A model generated the notes under the pieces. It had not been told where the DNA came from. It worked only from the letters and a program-made list of their open reading frames with translations, and searched no databases. From Eledone cirrhosa (lineage: Eukaryota), in assembly GCA_964016885.1 (NCBI GenBank), contig OZ024761.1, positions 30,504,001-30,568,000 on the forward strand: a DNA stretch of 64,000 nucleotides, read 5' to 3'. Below are positions 51,301 through 64,000 of the stretch, in pieces (position 1 is the stretch's first letter; the number at the start of each line of letters is the position of its first letter). The translations under genes and the position numbers were made by a program.

Positions 51301-53589
51301 GAATATTTTTATTTTTCAATTATGTCAAACATCGTATGTGGTTCTTTATTAAAGAAATGCTAAAATAGATTTAAATATATGAAATTTGCACAGTAGAATT
51401 ACGGCCGCTTGGCTGGCGTCTGGTAAAGTGGTGGTAGTGTAGGTTCGAGCGGAGGGGAAACTAAAAAGGTGGCTTCGAGATGATCGTGGCCCCGGGTAGC
51501 CCAGAAGATAGAGACCAATCTCTTAAATTAAAAAAATAAAAATGTTTTAAACTTAAGATAAAGTAGAAGATCGAAACCCTATCTCCAAATCTATACACAC
51601 TCAATTGATGCATAGATACAGCACAACTACCCGCACGACCACCTACAGACCAACAAATATGGAGTGAAAATAAACACATTTAAAGCTATTTTATTGTTAG
51701 ACTAATAATAAGTTTATATATGTAAATATTCAAATGAAAATCACTTAAGTCTTTATAGTCTAGTGGTAAGACATAAGACTGGGGAATGCCGTGTTTAGAT
51801 TTCGAATCAACTTAAAACATTATTTTTTTTATCCTCACACTGTAAGGAATTTGCTTGATTTGAACACGTAGTCATACCATTTAAAGCTTTATTTTTCTCT
51901 TTCTAGTCGTAACACAGTCAGCATATAAATAAACGTGATTCACTTCAACACGTTGCCATACCATTTAAAACTTTATTTGGAGATGAGACAAAGACACATA
52001 AATACACTAAGTAGTAAACCCTTGATTTAACTTACTATGAAGATGAAGAATGTCTGTTAATATCAAAGTGACGTTAAATTTAGGGGTCACTTTCATTGTT
52101 TTTAATTTACAGAAACTCCTTAATATAATACAATGTATATATTAGAAGGAATATTTTTTATTTTCTTGTTCCGTCAAACCTTGCGTTTATTCTACACACA
52201 CACATGTCGAAACACTTGCTTGAGCTGGCTTTCTTAGACATAATGAGAAGTGTTGGCTTTGTGGAGATTGATACAACTTTGGGTGATGTTACGAGGAGAG
52301 GCAAGGCTATGGAGAGTGTCTTAGTGGAAGAGATGATATCAGAGCAGTAACCTCCAAAGAGATGAAATTAGTGACTGAGATGCTATTATTGCATAGTTCA
52401 GAATATATATAACAAACATATACTATAAATTTCACAAGTCAAACTACAGTTATACTCTAACACGGAAGACAAATAAAACTTTACCTCTATCATGCACGTC
52501 GTATCCAGTGTGTTGTTATAAGAAAACCGGTGAAACACTAAATATGCCACCAGTGTAGCGATTTTATACTCTCTCTGCTTCATCGTACCACCCAGTAACA
52601 TGAAACTGTGTTCAAATCCCTGGGAGGTAGAATTACGTCGCTTTAAATAAACACACTGGGGTCAGTTTGAATATTGATTTCATGTGAAAAATATATACAT
52701 ATTATGATTGTACTCCGAACTATCAATATTGAAACAATTCTAATGCGCCAATAAAATTTATATATCTATACAGCAACAGTGTTTTCGATCTTTCTTACTT
52801 TTTTATTCACATTCTACAGTCACTTTAACTCTGTAATAAAACCCAACACGAGACGAACGTTAACTGCAAGTTACCCACGAAATTAACGCAAACACAAATG
52901 AATATATATATATATACTACTAAAATGTATTTAAAATTAAAAAATAAATACTTAAATTCAATGTATAATTACACGTACAATATGTTTTGTTGTAAAACCC
53001 TAAATAATGATTTAAGAAATGATGTCAATCTCTTTGTACAGAGATAAACATTAATTTATGTATATGCATTGTGTGTGCGTATATACTCCATTTAAGACAG
53101 CGAAAAAGCCAGTACCTCCTTCGAAGAATGCCAAATAGTTTATGCCTCAGGGATACCGGTGTAACACTAATTAAGTTACCGGTGTAGATATTTCAGTTGA
53201 ACCCTGCTTCAACAAACTACCCGGTAATTTGAAATCGAGTTCAGAGTGAGGGGTGTAAAACAGAATTCTGTTTGGAAAATAGTAAATTCTAAACCTGCTA
53301 GAAATAATAGCCAAATGTCGTACTTTGGGTACGAGGTGCGACTCGTCTTACCTCTTCTAATATATATATATATATGTGTGCGTGTGTGTAGATTCACGGG
53401 TCGCGGCGGAGAGAAACCACAATAAATACAATGTACTCAATAGCAATCTATTAGTATATATATATATGTGTGTACATATAAATATGTGTGTGTGTGTGTA
53501 TGTATATATATATATGTATAAATGTATATATACATATAAATACTTATATATACATAAACATATGTATACATACACACATATATAAATAA

Positions 53590-53632
<43 letters not shown>

Positions 53633-54539
53633 TTACTTAGGTTCTAAGGAATATTCCGCGAATGTCGGGGTTTACTGTGTATATATATATATATATATAT
53701 ATGTATATACATATTTATTACTTTCACTGTTATTTCTAGCATAAAAAAGAAAAACCGGAAGGGGAGAAAATTGAAAAACTTCTTCTTTTTCCCTCCTCTA
53801 ACTTTTCAAACAAAAGGAAATTTTATGTAAACAAAAACGAAATTTTTGCCAAGAAAGATAACTCTTCTCTGACTTAAATCCAAAATTGGGATACAAAAAA
53901 AATTCCGCAATTTTTTGTATCCCAATTTTGGATTTAAGTCAGAGAAGAGTTATCTTTCTTGGCAAAAATTTCGTTTTTGTTTACATAAAATTCTCTTTTG
54001 TTTGAAAAGTTAGAGGAGGGAAAAAGAAGAAGTTTTTCAATTTTCTCCACTTCCCGTTTTTTCTAGTGTATACTAGAAATAGCAGTCAAAGCAATATATA
54101 TGCCTTTTGTGACAATATATATTGTTTTAACGCTAGATTATTAACAACAATATATTGTATTTGTTGGCCTATTGGACGCAGAAGACGCTCACTCGATTTT
54201 TATTATATTTTACGTTGTATTTTGAGGTTTATAGACATTTCTATGGACCACCTACAATATTCGCGGTTTTTCACTATTCTCGGGTTCTCTAGGACTGTAA
54301 ACCCCACGAATGCCGGGGGGTAAATGTATATGAATATATCGACTGATAATATACAGTATAATTGTACGAGTATGCATATACATAGCAATATATATACATA
54401 TTTACACATATATGTACATATATATATATAGACACACATGTATATATATATATATAGACACACATGTATATATATATATATATGCATGTATGTATATATG
54501 TATACACATATATATATATGAATGTCTGTATATATGTAC

Positions 54540-54572
<33 letters not shown>

Positions 54573-57500
54573 CATAGACATGTGTGTGTGTGTACATTCT
54601 TAGGTATATACATATATATTTATACACACATACATACAAATATATATATTTCTATGAGTCACAGTTTATTACACATTGGAGACAGAGTGAGAGATTTAGC
54701 TTTCATTTTTAGCAGATTTAGAAACTTTGCAAACGCTTTATTTTTTCTTATTGCCGGTACTCTGAACACGATTTGAAATGACTGGAGTGAGTTTATAAAA
54801 GGGTAAACTGAAATAGTTGCACCGGTAATATATTTAGTATTACACCGGTATTTTCGAAACAGTCTCTTTCGCATTCGTCTGCAAGAGGTAACGTTTTCTA
54901 TGCCGTCTCTGTTAGTGTAGAACTGTAGGTTGACTTGCCTGGTTTTTACAACTCTTTGTCAACATGCATATTATTATTATATACTTTCAAACACACTTAC
55001 ATATATTATATTTATAAACATATAGGATTTTACTAAGTTTTTATTCTTTCTAATGTGAAGAGATAGAAATAATAAGTTAAAACTAAAGTATAATGATATA
55101 ACAACCGTATATAATAGTTTTCTCCCCTTTATTGAGATGCAAACGTTTTAAAGAAAAAACATGACAATATAAGAAATATTTAATATCATAACATATAATA
55201 TTTCAGGTAGGATGGTCGTTTCTCTTGTCTTCCACCTCTAGTTGTAGATTCTTCATGTCCTCTCTAGCCATAATTATGTCGTCGACATATGCATAAGTTT
55301 GATTTCTTCTTGAATGAATTGCAAATCTTGAGGTAGCCTTCTTGGTACATTTATTAGCTTTAATTCGTGTTTACACTGCTTGTAATAATTCGTACGTTTT
55401 TTACTTTAGATGAAACATATATATAAAAACGTCTGTGGCTTTAGTATACCTTTAAGTTTGATTTCAATAGAAAAATATTTACTGAACATGTGTAACACAA
55501 TTATAACTGGAGCTACTAAGTTCCTAGCCACTAGAAAATCTATTTGATAGAAGTTATTTCCTAGTTCTATGCACTGTCAATATCCCTTCTACTTTTTATA
55601 TGCTTGTGTTTGTTAAAGAAACATTCTCTGATTTAGGAACCACGATCTTCTCGCACCACCGTTGTAGTAATTCTTGTTAAATGTTTTGTCTGGTCTATTG
55701 TCAATAAGTGGCCTTGTTTTCTGATTATGAATGAAGTTAAGTGGTCTACTGAATTGTCTTAATTATTGCTAATTTATAAGTTTGTTTAACTGCCGATAAC
55801 TTTTAAATCTATTTCTTAGGTTGCTTAGGCCTACAAATCTTATATCAGTGTCCCTTCTTTTGACACTTTCTACGAGTGAATCCTTAAATTGACATTTTAT
55901 TTTGGGTTGTACTGCCTTATCCCACCTATAACAGCTAGAAGCAAATATAGTAAAAACAGGTCCTTGACTGAGAAGACTAATATGAGTTATGTTGAATATA
56001 ATTGTTGAGGTTTATTCAATCTAAGAGAAGAAAAAATAAGTAAAGTGCAAAATTAACGTTTAAAGACAAGAAAAGTATTTCTCTTTCTCTCTGGCAAAAT
56101 AAATCTGCTGTTTTTAGACCTAGAGGAGGGGAGGATTGACTCAGTCAGGTTTAAATGCCCACATGACGGTAATTACGGCACCCCTACAACAACAGTTAAG
56201 TGTCTATAACCACCACGCATTTATGAGACTAAAAACCTTGCTAGTGTATTTTTATTTTGGTACAAAAGTTTTTAAATAATTTCATAAGTTTTAAATTCAA
56301 GTAAGTCCAATATAACGTATTTAAACGAATCTATAGATAGGATTTCAATATCTTCCAGAGCTTATGAAATAGTAAAATAATTTTTTTTCTTTTCAATTAT
56401 ATCAAATACCATAAGTTGTTGTTTATGAAAGAAATGCTAAAATAGATTTAGTTAGTATGACTCTGAAATGTGTTCATAAACGGTAATGTTATGTTTTCCT
56501 TAGAGCCTGTCTGTCTTACAGTATGTTTACACACAATACATACATGCATATACATAAATTAATTGTTTATTAGCTATATTCATCTGTTTACACTCCTCGT
56601 AATAATTCGAGCGGTTTTGTTTTTGTTTTTTCTTCAGAAGAGACGTAGATAGAAAAACGTTTGTGGCTTTAGTATTGCTTATTTTTAAGTTTTGTTTAAT
56701 TGCCGATAAATTTGAAATATATTTGTTAGGTTTCTTAGAACTACAAATCTTTCTTATGACACTTACTACGGAATACATTCTTAGCTGGATACTTTACTTT
56801 GTGATTACTTTCCTCCCAAAGCCATGACAGCTTGAATCAGATGTAGCAAAAACTTGTGAAGACTGACATGAGTTATGTTGAATATAAGTGTAGACGTAAA
56901 ATATTTTTGTTTATTCAATCTAAAGGGAAGGAAAAAGAATTATAAGTCAAGTGCAAAATTAACGTTTAAAGGCATAAGAAAGGTATCTCGCTTTCTCTCC
57001 TGTAAAACAAATAGGCTGTTTTTAGACCAGGAGGATGGGAGGATTGACTCAGTCAGATTTAAATGCACACATGACGGTAAATACGACAGTCCTACAACAG
57101 TTAAGTGTCTATAACAACCATGCATTTAAGAGACTGAAAACCTTACTAATGTGTTTTTATTTTGGTATTTAAAAACAAATTATATATTTAATTTCATGTA
57201 AGTCAAATACAATGTATTTAAATGAATCTACAGATGGAGTTGCAATATCTGCCAGGACTTTGGAAATAGGGAAATATATAATTTTTTTAATTAAAACTAC
57301 TTTTCAAAGGAATAATAAAGATATATATATACACACACACACGCACATCTCTAGTGGAGATATTTCTGAGATTGGAAACCCTATCGATGTATGTATTTTG
57401 TCACTGAAAAGTTATCAAAAAATTATTATTATATATACATGTTTGTGTTTTTGACGTAAGTAAAACGAATCTATATACGAGGTTTTCGATACCTGCCAGA

Positions 57501-59807
57501 GCTTATGAAATAGTAAAAGAATATTTTTATTTTTCAATTATGTCAAACATCGTATGTGGTTCTTTATTAAAGAAATGCTAAAATAGATTTAAATATATGA
57601 AATTTGCACAGTAGAATTACGGCCGCTTGGCTGGCGTCTGGTAAAGTGGTGGTAGTGTAGGTTCGAGCGGAGGGGAAACTAAAAAGGTGGCTTCGAGATG
57701 ATCGTGGCCCCGGGTAGCCCAGAAGATAGAGACCAATCTCTTAAATTAAAAAAATAAAAATGTTTTAAACTTAAGATAAAGTAGAAGATCGAAACCCTAT
57801 CTCCAAATCTATACACACTCAATTGATGCATAGATACAGCACAACTACCCGCACGACCACCTATAGACCAACAAATATGGAGTGAAAATAAACACATTTA
57901 AAGCTATTTTATTGTTAGACTAAAAATAAGTTTATATATGTAAATATTCAAAAGAAAATCACTTAAGTCTTTATAGTCTAGTGGTAAGACATAAGACTGG
58001 GGAATGCCGTGTTTAGATTTCGAATCAACTTAAAACATTATTTTTTTTATCCTCACACTGTAAGGAATTTGCTTGATTTGAACACGTAGTCATACCATTT
58101 AAAGCTTTATTTTTCTCTTTCTAGTCGTAACACAGTCAGCATATAAATAAACGTGATTCACTTCAACACGTTGCCATACCATTTAAAACTTTATTTGGAG
58201 ATGAGACAAAGACACATAAATACACTAAGTAGTAAACCCTTGATTTAACTTACTATGAAGATGAAGAATGTCTGTTAATATCAAAGTGACGTTAAATTTA
58301 GGGGTCACTTTCATTGTTTTTAATTTACAGAAACTCCTTAATATAATACAATGTATATATTAGAAGGAATATTTTTTATTTTCTTGTTCCGTCAAACCTT
58401 GCGTTTATTCTACACACACACACGTCGAAACACTTGCTTGAGCTGGCTTTCTTAGACATAATGAGAAGTGTTGGCTTTGTGGAGATTGATACAACTTTGG
58501 GTGATGTTACGAGGAGAGGCAAGGCTATGGAGAGTGTCTTAGTGGAAGAGATGATATCAGAGCAGTAACCTCCAAAGAGATGAAATTAGTGACTGTGATG
58601 CTATCATTGCATAGTTCAGAATATATATAACAAACATATACTATAAATTTAACAAGTCAAACTACAGTTATACTCTAACACGGAAGACAAATAAAACTTT
58701 ACCTCTATCATGCACGTCGTATCCAGTGTGTTGTTATAAGAAAACCGGTGAAACACTAAATATGCCACCAGTGTAGCGATTTTATACTCTCTCTGCTTCA
58801 TCGTACCACCCAGTAACATGAAACTGTGTTCAAATCCCTGGGAGGTAGAATTACGTCGCTTTAAATAAACACACTGGGGTCAGTTTGAATATTGATTTCA
58901 TGTGAAAAATATATACATATTATGATTGTACTCCGAACTATCAATATTGAAACAATTCTAATGCGCCAATAAAATTTATATATCTATACAGCAACAGTGT
59001 TTTCGATCTTTCTTACTTTTTTATTCACATTCTACAGTCACTTTAACTCTGTAATAAAACCCAACACGAGACGAACGTTAACTGCAAGTTACCCACGAAA
59101 TTAACGCAAACACAAATGAATATATATATATATACTACTAAAATGTATTTAAAATTAAAAAATAAATACTTAAATTCAATGTATAATTACACGTACAATA
59201 TGTTTTGTTGTAAAACCCTAAATAATGATTTAAGAAATGATGTCAATCTCTTTGTACAGAGATAAACATTAATTTATGTATATGCATTGTGTGTGCGTAT
59301 ATACTCCATTTAAGACAGCGAAAAAGCCAGTACCTCCTTCGAAGAATGCCAAATAGTTTATGCCTCAGGGATACCGGTGTAACACTAATTAAGTTACCGG
59401 TGTAGATATTTCAGTTGAACCCTGCTTCAACAAACTACCCGGTAATTTGAAATCGAGTTCAGAGTGAGGGGTGTAAAACAGAATTCTGTTTGGAAAATAG
59501 TAAATTCTAAACCTGCTAGAAATAATAGCCAAATGTCGTACTTTGGGTACGAGGTGCGACTCGTCTTACCTCTTCTAATATATATATATATATGTGTGCG
59601 TGTGTGTAGATTCACGGGTCGCGGCGGAGAGAAACCACAATAAATACAATGTACTCAATAGCAATCTATTAGTATATATATATATGTGTGTACATATAAA
59701 TATGTGTGTGTGTGTGTATGTATATATATATATGTATAAATGTATATATACATATAAATACTTATATATACATAAACATATGTATACATACACACATATA
59801 TAAATAA

Positions 59808-59852
<45 letters not shown>

Positions 59853-60759
59853 TTACTTAGGTTCTAAGGAATATTCCGCGAATGTCGGGGTTTACTGTGT
59901 ATATATATATATATATATATATGTATATACATATTTATTACTTTCACTGTTATTTCTAGCATAAAAAAGAAAAACCGGAAGGGGAGAAAATTGAAAAACT
60001 TCTTCTTTTTCCCTCCTCTAACTTTTCAAACAAAAGGAAATTTTATGTAAACAAAAACGAAATTTTTGCCAAGAAAGATAACTCTTCTCTGACTTAAATC
60101 CAAAATTGGGATACAAAAAAAATTCCGCAATTTTTTGTATCCCAATTTTGGATTTAAGTCAGAGAAGAGTTATCTTTCTTGGCAAAAATTTCGTTTTTGT
60201 TTACATAAAATTCTCTTTTGTTTGAAAAGTTAGAGGAGGGAAAAAGAAGAAGTTTTTCAATTTTCTCCACTTCCCGTTTTTTCTAGTGTATACTAGAAAT
60301 AGCAGTCAAAGCAATATATATGCCTTTTGTGACAATATATATTGTTTTAACGCTAGATTATTAACAACAATATATTGTATTTGTTGGCCTATTGGACGCA
60401 GAAGACGCTCACTCGATTTTTATTATATTTTACGTTGTATTTTGAGGTTTATAGACATTTCTATGGACCACCTACAATATTCGCGGTTTTTCACTATTCT
60501 CGGGTTCTCTAGGACTGTAAACCCCACGAATGCCGGGGGGTAAATGTATATGAATATATCGACTGATAATATACAGTATAATTGTACGAGTATGCATATA
60601 CATAGCAATATATATACATATTTACACATATATGTACATATATATATATAGACACACATGTATATATATATATATAGACACACATGTATATATATATATA
60701 TATGCATGTATGTATATATGTATACACATATATATATATGAATGTCTGTATATATGTAC

Positions 60760-60796
<37 letters not shown>

Positions 60797-63547
60797 CATA
60801 GACATGTGTGTGTGTGTACATTCTTAGGTATATACATATATATTTATACACACATACATACAAATATATATATTTCTATGAGTCACAGTTTATTACACAT
60901 TGGAGACAGAGTGAGAGATTTAGCTTTCATTTTTAGCAGATTTAGAAACTTTGCAAACGCTTTATTTTTTCTTATTGCCGGTACTCTGAACACGATTTGA
61001 AATGACTGGAGTGAGTTTATAAAAGGGTAAACTGAAATAGTTGCACCGGTAATATATTTAGTGTTACACCGGTATTTTCGAAACAGTCTCTTTCGCATTC
61101 GTCTGCAAGAGGTAACGTTTTCTATGCCGTCTCTGTTAGTGTAGAACTGTAGGTTGACTTGCCTGGTTTTTACAACTCTTTGTCAACATGCATATTATTA
61201 TTATATACTTTCAAACACACTTACATATATTATATTTATAAACATATAGGATTTTACTAAGTTTTTATTCTTTCTAATGTGAAGAGATAGAAATAATAAG
61301 TTAAAACTAAAGTATAATGATATAACAACCGTATATAATAGTTTTCTCCCCTTTATTGAGATGCAAACGTTTTAAAGAAAAAACATGACAGTATAAGAAA
61401 TATTTAATATCATAACATATAATATTTCAGGTAGGATGGTCGTTTCTCTTGTCTTCCACCTCTAGTTGTAGATTCTTCATGTCCTCTCTAGCCATAATTA
61501 TGTCGTCGACATATGCATAAGTTTGATTTCTTCTTGAATGAATTGCAAATCTTGAGGTAGCCTTCTTGGTACATTTATTAGCTTTAATTCGTGTTTACAC
61601 TGCTTGTAATAATTCGTACGTTTTTTACTTTAGATGAAACATATATATAAAAACGTCTGTGGCTTTAGTATACCTTTAAGTTTGATTTCAATAGAAAAAT
61701 ACTTACTGAACATGTGTAACACAATTATAACTGGATCTACTTAGTTCCTAGCCACTAGAAAAAAATCTATTTGATAGAAGTTATTTCCTAGTTCTATGCA
61801 CTGTCAATATCCCTTCTACTTTTTATATGCTTGTGTTTGTTAAAGAAACATTCTCTGATTTAGGAACCACGATCTTCTCGCACCACCGTTGTAGTAATTC
61901 TTGTTAAATGTTTTGTCTGGTCTATTGTCAATAAGTGGCCTTGTTTTCTGATTATGAATGAAGTTAAGTGGTCTACTGAATTGTCTTAATTATTGCTAAT
62001 TTATAAGTTTGTTTAACTGCCGATAACTTTTAAATCTATTTCTTAGGTTGCTTAGGCCTACAAATCTTATATCAGTGTCCCTTCTTTTGACACTTTCTAC
62101 GAGTGAATCCTTAAATTGACATTTTATTTTGGGTTGTACTGCCTTATCCCACCTATAACAGCTAGAAGCAAATATAGTAAAAACAGGTCCTTGACTGAGA
62201 AGACTAATATGAGTTATGTTGAATATAATTGTTGAGGTTTATTCAATCTAAGAGAAGAAAAAATAAGTAAAGTGCAAAATTAACGTTTAAAGACAAGAAA
62301 AGTATTTCTCTTTCTCTCTGGCAAAATAAATCTGCTGTTTTTAGACCTAGAGGAGGGGAGGATTGACTCAGTCAGGTTTAAATGCCCACATGACGGTAAT
62401 TACGGCACCCCTACAACAACAGTTAAGTGTCTATAACCACCACGCATTTATGAGACTAAAAACCTTGCTAGTGTATTTTTATTTTGGTACAAAAGTTTTT
62501 AAATAATTTCATAAGTTTTAAATTCAAGTAAGTCCAATATAACGTATTTAAACGAATCTATAGATAGGATTTCAATATCTTCCAGAGCTTATGAAATAGT
62601 AAAACAATTTTTTTTCTTTTCAATTATATCAAATACCATAAGTTGTTCTTTATGAAAGAAATGCTAAAATAGATTTAGTTAGTATGACTCTGAAATGTGT
62701 TCATAAACGGTAATGTTATGTTTTCCTTAGAGCCTGTCTGTCTTACAGTATGTTTACACACAATACATACATGCATAGACATAAATTAATTGTTTATTAT
62801 CTATATTCATCTGTTTACACTCCTCGTAATAATTCGAGCGGTTTTGTTTTTGTTTTTTCTTCAAGAGATACGTAGATAGAAAAACGTTTGTGGCTTTAGT
62901 ATTGCTTATTTTTAAGTTTTGTTTAATTGCCGATAAATTTGAAATATATTTGTTAGGTTTCTTAGAACTACAAATCTTTCTTATGACACTTACTACGGAA
63001 TAAATTCTTAGCTGGATACTTTACTTTGTGATTACTTTCCTCCCAAAGCCATGACAGCTTGAATCAGATGTAGCAAAAACTTGGGAAGACTGACATGAGT
63101 TATGTTGAATATAAGTGTAGACGTAAAATATTTTTGTTTATTCAATCTAAAGGGAAGGAAAAAGAATTATAAGTCAAGTGCAAAATTAACGTTTAAAGGC
63201 ATAAGAAAGGTATCTCGCTTTCTCTCCTGTAAAACAAATAGGCTGTTTTTAGACCAGGAGGATGGGAGGATTGACTCAGTCAGATTTAAATGCACACATG
63301 ACGGTAAATACGACAGTCCTACAACAGTTAAGTGTCTATAACAACCATGCATTTAAGAGACTGAAAACCTTACTAATGTGTTTTTATTTTGGTATTTAAA
63401 AACAAATTATATATTTAATTTCATGTAAGTCAAATACAATGTATTTAAATGAATCTACAGATGGAGTTGCAATATCTGCCAGGACTTTGGAAATAGGGAA
63501 ATATATAATTTTTTTAATTAAAACTACTTTTCAAAGGAATAATAAAG

Positions 63548-63584
<37 letters not shown>

Positions 63585-64000
63585 TCTCTAGTGGAGATAT
63601 TTCTGAGATTGGAAACCCTATCGATGTATGTATTTTGTCACTGAAAAGTTATCAAAAAATTATTATTATATATACATGTTTGTGTTTTTGACGTAAGTAA
63701 AACGAATCTATATACGAGGTTTTCGATACCTGCCAGAGCTTATGAAATAGTAAAAGAATATTTTTATTTTTCAATTATGTCAAACATCGTATGTGGTTCT
63801 TTATTAAAGAAATGCTAAAATAGATTTAAATATATGAAATTTGCACAGTAGAATTACGGCCGCTTGGCTGGCGTCTGGTAAAGTGGTGGTAGTGTAGGTT
63901 CGAGCGGAGGGGAAACTAAAAAGGTGGCTTCGAGATGATCGTGGCCCCGGGTAGCCCAGAAGATAGAGACCAATCTCTTAAATTAAAAAAATAAATATGT

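Larger units (their letters stand above)
24838..64000. repeat. Macrosatellite: tandem ~6.2 kb units, six complete plus one partial, running off the window
   Basis: Marker acggcacccctacaac at 24838, 31321, 37547, 43757, 49958, 56175 and 62402 (spacings 6483, 6226, 6210, 6201, 6217, 6227). Identical short ORFs recur at the same period. Confidence 0.98.

Overview
AT-rich, microsatellite-laden animal genomic DNA. The repeat types look like an octopus or other coleoid cephalopod, which is an inference and was not verified. The left 25 kb holds the last three coding exons of an ANKRD13-family gene (+, UIM-rich C-terminus) and, convergent with it, the last two exons of an NRF-6/O-acyltransferase-like gene (-). 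A cluster of ~16 same-orientation tRNA-derived SINEs lies between the two genes. The introns contain Penelope-like element (PLE) fragments (RT, GIY-YIG endonuclease, terminal repeats with minimal hammerhead ribozyme motifs) inserted in (TA)n tracts, many with an inverted copy of their own end. From 24838 to the window end there is a head-to-tail macrosatellite of ~6.2 kb units (six full units plus a partial one). Each unit consists of decayed LINE/SINE pieces, a near-perfect ~350 bp palindrome and a short CpG-rich island, with no intact gene recognisable. The units record a SINE insertion with matching empty sites, patchwork variant sharing and a template-switch micro-inversion. Most ORFs in the supplied track are microsatellite artefacts.
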